A stretch of DNA of 39,113 nucleotides from Candidatus Sericytochromatia bacterium. GTDB taxonomy: Bacteria; Cyanobacteriota; Sericytochromatia; JACMPN01. Of this stretch, positions 30,080-38,057 are shown in pieces. Made by a program: the position numbers and the translations under genes. Each line of letters starts with the position of its first letter. Position 1 is the first letter of the stretch. Under the pieces are notes generated by a model, which was not told the origin of the DNA, did no database searches, and worked only from the letters and a program-made list of their open reading frames with translations. Location of the stretch: contig JACMPN010000577.1 in NCBI GenBank assembly GCA_014377495.1, positions 1-39,113 of the forward strand. Reading direction: 5' to 3'.

Positions 30080-31318
30080 CTACCGGTAGGCCGTCACGGC
30101 CCGGACCTGACGCTGGGCGCTGGCCTGGGTCTCCATGTAGAGCGGCCGCAACTGGTAGTTGGCCGCATTGCTGGCCTGACTCTGGCTCGATGTGACGATG
30201 AGCAGGGACTGGGCCGACACGAGGGAGCCGCGTTGGTGGGTCGAGCCCTGGATGTTGACGACGTCGCCCGCCTGGATCTCCGAAAAATAACCGGTGGCGC
30301 TGTCCTGTTTCTTCCGGGTATAGACCTTGGTGTCCGGGGTGACAATGACCATGATCTTGCGTTTGCTGATCGGGTCGACGACATACATCTCGCCTTTGAC
30401 GTGGTCCACGGACTCGACGCTGGCCAGACTGACGTTGATCCGCTTCGGCGCCGGCTGGGCTGACGGCGGCGCCACCGCCAGGGTCTGTCCCGTGCGGAGC
30501 AGCAGGTAGCCTGCGGCCAGGCTGAGCAGGGCGCCCACTTCATAGAGCGTCCGGTGGAACCAGCCGTTGGCCAGGCCAAGGTCGTTCACCCAGGCCAAAA
30601 CCATGATCATGCTGAGCAGCATCAGGCTGTTCGTCACCAGGCGGCGGGTCTTGTTACGGATCGTCTGTTTGTAAGCTCTGACGAAGTAGGCGATGGCGAT
30701 GATGCCGTAGGCGATCGTCAGGCCGAGGCGGACCGAGTCGAACAGTTGATACCAGGCGTTGGCTTTTTCCTGTTTGATCGCCACCCAGGTCGGCGTCTGC
30801 GTCGGCATAGCCAGGGTCCAGCCCCGCAGGATGGTCAGCATCGTGGCTGCGTCTTTCCAGTAAAGGGGCTCGTCCGGCTGGAAGGTATGGTTGGGAAAGC
30901 CGTTGACGAGGTTCGTCTGGCCGGCCAGCAGGACGGCGTTGCGGTAGGGGTGCGCCTCGGGGACATCGGAAAAGCGGGCCTGGGCCAGATCGACACTGCT
31001 GAGGCGGGCATCGAAGCCGAACGCCCGGACGAGGTCGTTCACCGCTTGGCCCCGGCTGATCCAGGGCGTGCCGTGGGAGGGGGCGGCTGCCGCACGCTTG
31101 GCGTTGCGGGCCTGCAGGACCTTGTCGATCAGCAGGGAAAACTCCTGCTGGGAGACCAGATCGCTTTGCCGGGCCCATGCCGGGCGGGTCAGCAGCTCAG
31201 TCGCTTCGGGGACCGGTGCTGCGGAGGCCCCGCCGGGCCACGTCGTCCACAAGGCAAGGGTGGCCAGGACCGCGAGCCATAAACGCCAGGGGAAGCGTTG
31301 CGGGAGTGCGTTGGACAT
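30080..31318 (-). CDS. SLH-domain-containing membrane protein
   Basis: Signal peptide, then the SLH-like segment FSDVPEAHPYRNAVLLAGQTNLVNGFPNHTFQPDEPLYWKDAATML. Four or five TM helices and a C-terminal soluble domain. AGGAG lies 10 nt before ATG 31318. Confidence 0.75.
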   Translation of the reverse strand: MSNALPQRFPWRLWLAVLATLALWTTWPGGASAAPVPEATELLTRPAWARQSDLVSQQEFSLLIDKVLQARNAKRAAAAPSHGTPWISRGQAVNDLVRAFGFDARLSSVDLAQARFSDVPEAHPYRNAVLLAGQTNLVNGFPNHTFQPDEPLYWKDAATMLTILRGWTLAMPTQTPTWVAIKQEKANAWYQLFDSVRLGLTIAYGIIAIAYFVRAYKQTIRNKTRRLVTNSLMLLSMIMVLAWVNDLGLANGWFHRTLYEVGALLSLAAGYLLLRTGQTLAVAPPSAQPAPKRINVSLASVESVDHVKGEMYVVDPISKRKIMVIVTPDTKVYTRKKQDSATGYFSEIQAGDVVNIQGSTHQRGSLVSAQSLLIVTSSQSQASNAANYQLRPLYMETQASAQRQVRAVTAYR

Positions 31319-31640
31319 CGATCCCAACTCCTACGCTGAAACGGCTGCCGGTCGGTCAAGCGGTGCCACTGGTTGGCGGTTTGACGATAGGGGCAGGCGT
31401 TTCTCAAGACAATGTGACGGGTTTCCTCCAGGGCGGCCGTTCGGCGGGGCCGGTGCGGCAATGCGGAGTTGTGACGGTGTTAACAACCCCGGAGGAGCCC
31501 GTTATTGCTAACGTAATGCGAAACAGGCGCCTGGTATGTGACACCCGTCCATGTACCGACGTCACAGGGGCACGCGGGCTAGGTGTGGCCCGGCATGCGG
31601 GGGTCGTTAGGGGTGGCTGAAAATGCGGTTCCTGAGGCCC

Positions 31641-31690
31641 AAACAAAAAGCGGTGTCCGTTTCACCCACCCTGGGTGAGCCGGACACCGC
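31641..31690 (-). terminator. Strong rho-independent terminator of the small repeat-protein gene
   Basis: On the minus strand: gcggtgtccg...(inner stem tcaccca/tgggtga)...cggacaccgc, followed by TTTTTGTTTGG. Confidence 0.8.
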
Positions 31691-31722
31691 CCTGCCCACA
31701 GGCAGGATCAACAGCTGGCTGA

Positions 31723-31971
31723 CTAGTGGCCGGCGGGCGGCTTGGTCGAGGCAGGCTTGGTCGCAGCCGGCTTGGCCGCCGCATCGCTCTTGGTGGCGAC
31801 AGGCTTCGTCGTCGCGGGCTTGGTGGCAGCAGGCTTGGCAGCAGCAGGCTTGGCAGCCGGCTTGGTGACGGCGGGCTTGGAAACAGGGGCGTAATGGCTG
31901 GTCGGGGCATCGGCGAACGCCGGGGCGGCGAAGGCGATGGCCATGACGGTTGCGGCAACGATCTTACGCAT
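31723..31971 (-). CDS. Small secreted Lys/Pro/Ala-repeat protein (82 aa)
   Basis: Signal peptide MRKIVAATVMAIAFAAPAFA|D, then degenerate KPAA/TKPA repeats. It has its own terminator. Confidence 0.65.
   Translation of the reverse strand: MRKIVAATVMAIAFAAPAFADAPTSHYAPVSKPAVTKPAAKPAAAKPAATKPATTKPVATKSDAAAKPAATKPASTKPPAGH
31732..31884 (-). repeat. In-frame degenerate tandem repeat (ggcttgg-containing units, 12-15 nt) encoding (A/T)(A/T)KPA
   Basis: Visible in the DNA as the recurring ggcttggt/ggcttggc motif and in the protein as AAKPAAAKPAATKPATTKPVATK...AAKPAATKPASTKPPA. Confidence 0.7.
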
Positions 31972-32055
31972 GGTGTGGTCTTTCTTAACTTCGGTATGAC
32001 GGATCGGTCACAGGGCCGGCCAAGACCCGTGCGGTTGTCGATCGACCCATGGTCA

Positions 32056-32071
32056 GGTGATAAAAATCACA
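32056..32071. promoter_or_regulatory. CRP/FNR-type palindrome candidate
   Basis: GGTGA-TAAAAA-TCACA matches TGTGA-N6-TCACA at 9/10 positions. It is centred about 92 nt upstream of the ATG at 31971. Confidence 0.3.
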
Positions 32072-32456
32072 AAACATCGTTCGATCGGTGACCGGACAGG
32101 ACAAGTGCCTCATGTTACCGATATCGAGGATAACAGAGGGTGCTGTGGGCACCCAACTGGACATTTGTCTCGATTATGCCGGTTTTGTAACCCGGCTCAC
32201 AGGTCGTGCGGTATGCCGCGAGGCATCGCCGCAATTGCGGCAACAACCAGGTCGCCAAGGGCGGGTACGCCCATACACGGTGGAAGCAGCCGGCAACGGC
32301 CCTCTGCGCAAACACCGTCATGTCATGATCTGCCGATTTGGCGGCAAAGGGGCCGGGTTATGACAGCCCTCGTCCGTTCACGTTTCTTGATGCACCGTGA
32401 AAGCTTCTTGGGTGTAGCGGACCGAACGCCGCAGGCGACGGATGGGGTAAAGCGGG

Positions 32457-33590
32457 TTAATTGCCGGTCGTTGAAGTGATCCCGGTGAGGTAGGCCTTCA
32501 GGAAGTGACGGGTGGCCACGGTGGCTTCGACCATGCCGAGGGGGGAGTATTCGGGCTCATCGAGGAACCCGCCCATCGTCGCGTGGACACTGGTCGATGA
32601 CTGGGCATGGGCAAACAGGTCCTGCAAGCTGTGCAGCCCGACGCCGAGCTCGATCTCAGCCTCGTTGAAGGCGGCGATGCGGCCAAAGCTGACGGCCCGC
32701 TCCAAGTGCTTGCGGGCATAGATGAGGCGGGTGTCCTGGCCGGTCCGGTTGAAATTGAAGTGCCGGTCGAGGGCGCCGAAGGGTTGGGGGCTCGTCGAGC
32801 CATAGGGCGTCTTGCCGTAGTCGACGCCATTGCATATCTCGCCGAAACGGGTCGCCTGCTTGACGGTGAAGCCCATGGCCTTGGCGATGGCAAAGGTGCC
32901 GTAACCGGCGCCGGCATCGTGGTTGTGCTGCCCTGGCACGCCCCCGTGGAAGTCGCCATGCCATCTATCCGTGTTGGGGAGGCCCTTCAGCGCATCGGCA
33001 TAGCGTTGCTGGGGGGTCTCGCCCGTGGGCTTGGGCTTCTGGGCATCCTTGAGCGGCCTGGTCCAGTCCTTGCGTTTCATGGCCAAGGCATCCATCGCCA
33101 CACCCAGGGTGTTTTTGGCTTTGTCAAAGGCGGGCCGGTCGTTCAGGAGCTTTTCGAAATACTTGTCCTGCAGCCAGATGCTTTTCCCGCCGATCTCGGT
33201 GTCCGGCTTGTAGTCGGTCAACCGCACGGCATGGACGAAGGCGTCGTCGTCACGGCCGGACGCCTTGACCCCGGGCAGGTCGAGCTTGGCCAGGTAACCC
33301 TCGGGATCGTACTGGGCGATGGGCGTGCCCATGGACACGGAGTCGATATACGCAGTTTCCTGAGCGGCGGACGTGTACCCGAGGGGCTTGCCCGTCACCG
33401 TGACGATCATCTGCATCGCCTGGCGGGGCGTGGCGGGCAGAAAGATCAGCGCCGGGTCGTAGTCTGCGGGCGCTTTGTTATCCACGGCCTGGGACGCCGC
33501 ACCCGGCTGCAGCGTCGGCAGCACGCCGGACACCGGCACGGTGCAGGCTGACACCAGGGCGGCAGAGACGATCATCGGGAAAAAACGCAT
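32457..33590 (-). CDS. Lipoprotein with possible zinc-dependent phospholipase C / P1-nuclease-like motifs
   Basis: GAGGAG SD before ATG 33590. Lipobox LVSAC. LDRHFNFN ... GVGLHSLQDLFAHAQ resembles the PLC pattern SHFYDP ... LGLSLHYLGDVNQPMHA. The functional call is tentative. Confidence 0.6.
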   Translation of the reverse strand: MRFFPMIVSAALVSACTVPVSGVLPTLQPGAASQAVDNKAPADYDPALIFLPATPRQAMQMIVTVTGKPLGYTSAAQETAYIDSVSMGTPIAQYDPEGYLAKLDLPGVKASGRDDDAFVHAVRLTDYKPDTEIGGKSIWLQDKYFEKLLNDRPAFDKAKNTLGVAMDALAMKRKDWTRPLKDAQKPKPTGETPQQRYADALKGLPNTDRWHGDFHGGVPGQHNHDAGAGYGTFAIAKAMGFTVKQATRFGEICNGVDYGKTPYGSTSPQPFGALDRHFNFNRTGQDTRLIYARKHLERAVSFGRIAAFNEAEIELGVGLHSLQDLFAHAQSSTSVHATMGGFLDEPEYSPLGMVEATVATRHFLKAYLTGITSTTGN

Positions 33591-33746
33591 GAACGCTCCT
33601 CGGCTCACTCACTGGCGACACGATACTACCGTTATCTTACCCGTTCTTAACCACAGAAATGGCCTGTGAGAAAACCAAGGGCACGGCAGGGCTCTCACCG
33701 CCTGACAAAAACACCGCCGGCAACGGGGCAGCGGGGATGGCCAGCA

Positions 33747-34514
33747 TCAAGGCTTTGTGGCGGGAACGGTCCGGGCCGCAGCGTCGGAACTCTGCGGCCG
33801 TGTCGGTTGCCAGGTGACGTTCATCAGGCGCAGGCCGTCGGGCTTGTAGGCCACGAACTGGGCCTCGACCGAGCCGCGGGCGTCGGAGGCACTGCCGGGC
33901 AGGATATTGTTCAGATAGGCCTTTTCCCCGGGAGCCAGCTGCTTTTGGGCGACGGTGACGGCCTGGCGGCCGATTTCGCTGGCCTGCATGGCGGCAAAGG
34001 AAAGGCCGTTGACCATGGGCACGGCGAATCCCAGGACGAAGCCGATCGCCGGCCGTTTCCAGTAATCACTGACCTGCATGCCCTCATTGACCTGGGCCTG
34101 CACAAGGACCGGGTGCATCAGACGCTTCATGGCCCAGATCAGCATGGCGAGGATCAGCCCGCTGCGTAAGAGGCTGCCCAGGATCGGCCAGGGGGCGAAC
34201 CGGATGTAGGCCATGACCAGCTCGTTCGGCATGTAGAGCGGGACGATGGCCGACATGCCGACCACGGCCGAGATGAAGAAGGCGGCGGCGACGATGGCGA
34301 TCCCGACGGTGAACAGGCTGCCCCGGGCCAGAACGACGGCACCCAGCAGGGCGAACACGTACAAATTCGATGCGTAGGCATGGCCCGCCCAGCCGCTGTA
34401 GAGGATCATCACGCCGTCGAGGATGCCGACGAGCAGCAGGACCAGGGCGAGGGGCATGAGGACTTCCCGCAGGTCATCCGGGCTGGGTGTGGTCGGGCTG
34501 GCTGGGGTGGACAT
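33747..34514 (-). CDS. Hypothetical membrane protein (4-5 TM) with a C-terminal soluble domain
   Basis: Hydrophobic segments LALVLLLVGILDGVMILY, VFALLGAVVLA, VGIAIVAAAFFISAVVGMSAIV and others. Same strand as 32457-33590. The start is ATG 34514 or 34457. Confidence 0.65.
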   Translation of the reverse strand: MSTPASPTTPSPDDLREVLMPLALVLLLVGILDGVMILYSGWAGHAYASNLYVFALLGAVVLARGSLFTVGIAIVAAAFFISAVVGMSAIVPLYMPNELVMAYIRFAPWPILGSLLRSGLILAMLIWAMKRLMHPVLVQAQVNEGMQVSDYWKRPAIGFVLGFAVPMVNGLSFAAMQASEIGRQAVTVAQKQLAPGEKAYLNNILPGSASDARGSVEAQFVAYKPDGLRLMNVTWQPTRPQSSDAAARTVPATKP

Positions 34515-34639
34515 GGTCGCAATGGTCTCTGGGCTGTCGATATCAGGCCCGCCGACAGGGGTCGTGGGCCGGCGGGCATTATACCGGGATCGCCGGGGCG
34601 CTCTGAACCGGGGGCGCTGCCGGCGTCATTCCCGCGGCC

Positions 34640-34931
34640 CGCACGATCAGCCAGGCATCGCCGAATTCGTGACCGTGAAACCCGTGGGCGGCCGCATGAC
34701 CGGATGCCGTCTCCAGGTCCTCGCAGTCCGTATCGGCGAGCAACCGTAACGGGACGGGGCGCAACAATCGCCAGCTGCGGGACGCCCACCCTCGTTGCGG
34801 CCGGTGAGGCGTATCGCCTGGGCCCGGGGGACGTGGTCGTCTTCCGGGGCGATCAGCGGCACTCGTATATGAACGAAGGGACGGAGCCGGCCATCGGCTA
34901 CAGTGTCGTCCTGTTCGGGCCCTGTTTTTGA
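34640..34931 (+). pseudogene. Cupin-fold gene remnant: the C-terminal half is intact in one frame and the upstream part is degenerate or frame-shifted
   Basis: TLVAAGEAYRLGPGDVVVFRGDQRHSYMNEGTEPAIGYSVVLFGP is a typical cupin C-terminal strand set. The expected G-x5-HxH-x-E part is absent: an adjacent frame reads IAEFVTVKPVGGRMTGCRLQVLAVRIGEQP* and ends at TAA 34747-34749. Confidence 0.35.
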
Positions 34932-35020
34932 AGGGCTGGTCGCTCATCCGCTGATCCGCCAACGGTTTCAGTTTCGTTCCGTTGGTTGGCGGTGCCATGG
35001 GGAAAGGGTACGATAGCCCC

Positions 35021-36073
35021 ATGAGACGGAAATTGGCACTAGGACTGATCATGATCTCCCTGCCGGGGCTGTTGAGCGGCTGCACCCTAGGCTATCTGCT
35101 GCGCCAAGGCGTCGTGCAGGTGGGCCTTTTGATGCGCAGCCAGCCCTTGGAAAAGGTCCTCCCGACTCTGCCCAAGGAACAACAGGAAAAACTGGCGATG
35201 ATGGCCGTCGGGCGCGATTGGGCCGTGGCCAATCTGCACATGAAGCCGATCGCCAGCTACAAGAGCTACATCGACGTGCCGGGCGACTCGGTCTCCAACG
35301 TCGTCCAGGGCGCCTCCTCGCTTGAACTGAAGCCTTACCTGTGGACGTTCCCGGTGGTCGGGGCGGTCCCGTACAAGGGCTTTTTCAACCTCAAAGAAGC
35401 CACCCAGGAAAAGACGCGGCTGGAGCGGTTGGGCTATGACACCCTGATGCGGCCCGTGTCGGCCTTCAGCATGCTCGGCTGGCTGCCGGATCCGCTGTAC
35501 TCGCCGATGCTGCGCTACGACACGGTGGGCCTCGTCAGCACCGTCATCCACGAGATGACCCACGCCACCCTGTATTGGCCGGGACAGGCGGACTTCAACG
35601 AGAGTCTGGCCACCTACATCGGCTCGCAGGGGGCCGCTCAGTTTTTCGCTGCCCAGGGGGGCGCCGACAGCAAGATGGCCAAAGAGGCGGCTGCCCAGGC
35701 GCGTGATCACCTGCTGGTGGCGGCGGCCTTCGACACGTTGGCGACCGAGCTGGACGCGATCTTTCATCTGCCGGTGTCGGATGCCGAAAAGATCGCCCGC
35801 AAGGTGGAGTGCTACATCCGGGCCCAGATACGCTTTCAGCGGATGCCGTTTGAGTCCAACTACCACCGCTGGTTGGGCGATCAGGCGATGAACAACGCGA
35901 CGTTCATGATGAACCGCACGTATTACGCGGGGTTGCCCATGTTCGACGAGCTCGTCCGCAAGCATGGCGGCATCGCCACCACCCTGGAGTGGCTGGTCGC
36001 CCAGAAAGCGCCCAAAGATCCCTGGGCGTGGCTGCATGCCGAGCTCGGCCAGGCAGTCTCCTCGAAACCGTGA
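35021..36073 (+). CDS. Putative zinc aminopeptidase lipoprotein (Aminopep/DUF2265-like, HEMTH motif)
   Basis: Lipobox LLSGC. VSTVIHEMTHATLYWPGQADFNESLATYIG carries HExxH plus a downstream E. Confidence 0.8.
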   Translation: MRRKLALGLIMISLPGLLSGCTLGYLLRQGVVQVGLLMRSQPLEKVLPTLPKEQQEKLAMMAVGRDWAVANLHMKPIASYKSYIDVPGDSVSNVVQGASSLELKPYLWTFPVVGAVPYKGFFNLKEATQEKTRLERLGYDTLMRPVSAFSMLGWLPDPLYSPMLRYDTVGLVSTVIHEMTHATLYWPGQADFNESLATYIGSQGAAQFFAAQGGADSKMAKEAAAQARDHLLVAAAFDTLATELDAIFHLPVSDAEKIARKVECYIRAQIRFQRMPFESNYHRWLGDQAMNNATFMMNRTYYAGLPMFDELVRKHGGIATTLEWLVAQKAPKDPWAWLHAELGQAVSSKP

Positions 36074-36091
36074 ATCCGCCCAGACGACACT

Positions 36092-36132
36092 GACCCAAAA
36101 CGGCCCGTCGTGATGACGGGCCGTTTTGGGTC
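36092..36132. terminator. Bidirectional hairpin terminator
   Basis: Perfect 18-bp stem gacccaaaacggcccgtc / gacgggccgttttgggtc with loop gtgat, 19 nt after the aminopeptidase stop. Confidence 0.8.
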
Positions 36133-36148
36133 TATACGGTGAGATTTA

Positions 36149-36306
36149 GAGACGATCTCAATCAACGATCGGTCGCCTGGCACCGCATGGCTGCGCCAGG
36201 ACTGCGTTACAGCTTCTCACCGGACTGCCCCGTACCCCTCGTCACTGTGCCTTGCCTGGCAGTGCCCTACGGCGCCAGGCTCGGTCTCGTTGATTGGGAT
36301 CGTCTC
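36149..36306 (+). mobile_element. MITE-like 158-bp imperfect palindrome, copy A
   Basis: Starts GAGACGATCTCAATCAACGA and ends TCGTTGATTGGGATCGTCTC (20-bp TIR with 1 mismatch). TTA on both flanks (36146-36148 and 36307-36309). 146/158 identical to the reverse complement of copy B. Confidence 0.8.
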
Positions 36307-36432
36307 TTAGCGTTGGGTGATCGCCGTGACCATGCTGCCGAACGAGCTTGAAGTCGTCTGCTGGTCGACGTAGAGGTGTGCGGCGACAGCGATCACGATG
36401 CTGAGAATCAGCTGGATGTTGATGATGCGCAC
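36307..36432 (-). CDS. Unlisted 41-aa hydrophobic small protein
   Basis: AGGAGG (36440-36445), 7-nt spacer, GTG at 36432. Sequence MRIINIQLILSIVIAVAAHLYVDQQTTSSSFGSMVTAITQR, with one predicted TM helix. The stop TAA is the TTA flank of MITE copy A. Confidence 0.5.
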   Translation of the reverse strand: MRIINIQLILSIVIAVAAHLYVDQQTTSSSFGSMVTAITQR

Positions 36433-36506
36433 GGCCGTTCCTCCTGTGGTTTGACCCTTGTGACGGGTCGAGTAACCCAAAAGTTCCCGAAATTCATCCT
36501 AAAAGC

Positions 36507-37880
36507 TTAATTACGGAGTTCTTTCCCAATGACGGCGCCAGTGCCGATGGCCAGCTTTTCGGCAATTTCCGCCTGACTGCGGCCCAAAATCGTCAGTTCG
36601 CCGTACAAACGGGCGCCGAGGCCCTCGCCGAGGCGTGGCACGGCACCTTGGGCCAATGCTTCCCTGAATGCTTCGATCCCCGTCTTCAGAGCGCTGCGAT
36701 AGGCATTGGCCGTGGCCTGGCCCATGAAGCCGGTGGATTGGAAGGCCATCGCCTCGAAAGCGGCATAGGCCTGATGCTCAAAGGGCCGGACGGTCGTCGT
36801 GTGGGCCCGTTCAAAGCCACTGGCCGGCATATCCGCCACCGTCGTGCCCAGCCGCACGGCCTCGTCGAGAAAGGCTGTGGCCCGGGTCTGCACCATCTGC
36901 AAGGCATGGACCATCTCATGCGGGGCGCCGGCAGCCAGGGAGACGACAACCTCCCGGGACTGGCCGACGGCCTCGCCGGCAACGCCACCCTCGCGGACGC
37001 TGACACCATAGCGGGCGGCGACGTCGCGCAGGCGGCTTAAAAATACCTTTGCCTGCTCCGCCGTCACTTTGCCGCCCGCAGTCAAAGGTAGCTCTTTGAT
37101 CACCGCCTGCAGTTCTTTGGCGACCTGTGCGGCGGCCGGCCGGCCGACGCTGCGCATCCCGGCGATAGCCCCGGCAGCGCCGCGGGTGACGACGGTGGCG
37201 GCCTTGGTGGTCTGGGCGGCTTTGGCGGCCTGGACGATGGCCGCACCCTCGCGGCTGACCTGCGTGGCGCGGGCGACGCCCCCGACACCGAGGCCGTTGG
37301 CTGCCGCCAGGGCGACTTCGCCTGTCAGCAGGCTGATGGTTTTGGCTTTTTCGTAGCCCGAGGCACCGCCGCCCCACTCGGCGCCGAGCTGGGCCGAACG
37401 GTCCCGCACCTGCCGCAGTCCGGACATGTTGACGAAAAAGCCCATCGTCTGGGCGCCGAGATCGACGATGGTGGCGGCGAGCGGTCCCCGCCGGCCCTCG
37501 TCGACGGCCCGGTCATTGTCCTTGCGGACCCCTTCCCAGTGGCGGGCCGATTCGTTGAGCCAATGGCCGTCGCCGTGGGACTCGGCATACGCCTCGCGAC
37601 CCATGGCAACGGCCCTGTCGCTCCGTATGGCATCCGCCTGGCGGACGTGCTGGGGCGGGAATGTCTGGGCGTTGGCCGCAGCCGGGTGGGCCCGGGTGCG
37701 AGCGGTGTCCGTGTCGTTGTGCACCGCCGGGCCTGGCGTGGCGGCGGTCGTGATCGGCTTGGCGGCTGGTGGGACTGGTCCGGTGGCGCCCGCGTCCGGG
37801 GCCCCTGCGGTCTTGGCGATGCTGGGGGTGGGGTCGCAGCTGTCCGTTGGGCGCAGTCCTGACACGGTGAAAGCCCTCAT
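36507..37880 (-). CDS. Orphan protein with an HExxH zincin-like motif near the C-terminus (457 aa)
   Basis: YGVSVREGGVAGEAVGQSREVVVSLAAGAPHEMVHALQMVQ ... FEHQAYAAFE resembles HExxHxxQ zincin-like (DUF4157-type) domains. The N-terminal ~95 aa are Pro/Ala-rich. The start is uncertain (ATG 37880 or 37889), there is no SD, and the frame stays open into the MITE. Confidence 0.65.
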   Translation of the reverse strand: MRAFTVSGLRPTDSCDPTPSIAKTAGAPDAGATGPVPPAAKPITTAATPGPAVHNDTDTARTRAHPAAANAQTFPPQHVRQADAIRSDRAVAMGREAYAESHGDGHWLNESARHWEGVRKDNDRAVDEGRRGPLAATIVDLGAQTMGFFVNMSGLRQVRDRSAQLGAEWGGGASGYEKAKTISLLTGEVALAAANGLGVGGVARATQVSREGAAIVQAAKAAQTTKAATVVTRGAAGAIAGMRSVGRPAAAQVAKELQAVIKELPLTAGGKVTAEQAKVFLSRLRDVAARYGVSVREGGVAGEAVGQSREVVVSLAAGAPHEMVHALQMVQTRATAFLDEAVRLGTTVADMPASGFERAHTTTVRPFEHQAYAAFEAMAFQSTGFMGQATANAYRSALKTGIEAFREALAQGAVPRLGEGLGARLYGELTILGRSQAEIAEKLAIGTGAVIGKELRN

Positions 37881-37899
37881 CACGCACATGCGACACTTA

Positions 37900-38057
37900 G
37901 AGACTATCTCAATCAACGAGACCGAGCCTGGCGCCGTAGGGCGATGCCAGGCAAGGCACAGTGACGCAGCCTACGGGGTAGTCCGGTGAGAAGCTGTAAC
38001 GCAGTCCTGGCGCAGCTATGCGGTGCCAGGCGACCGATCGTTGATTGAGGTAGTCTC
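37900..38057 (-). mobile_element. MITE-like 158-bp imperfect palindrome, copy B (inverted relative to copy A)
   Basis: Starts GAGACTATCTCAATCAACGA and ends TCGTTGATTGAGGTAGTCTC. TTA flanks at 37897-37899 and 38058-38060. Confidence 0.8.

Noticed and set aside
34579-35085. 168-aa minus-strand ORF across the 34.5-35.1 kb gap
   Set aside because: Most of it is Pro/Arg-rich and overlaps the aminopeptidase start region. Only its last ~55 codons look protein-like, and these are exactly antisense to the cupin-remnant frame.
36139-36351. ORFs running through the MITE copies (36139-36351 plus, 35923-36183 minus, 37426-37989 plus, 38064-38378 plus)
   Set aside because: They are generated by the palindromic repeat itself; the same LIEIVSK peptide appears from both TIRs. 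They lack SDs and have junk composition.
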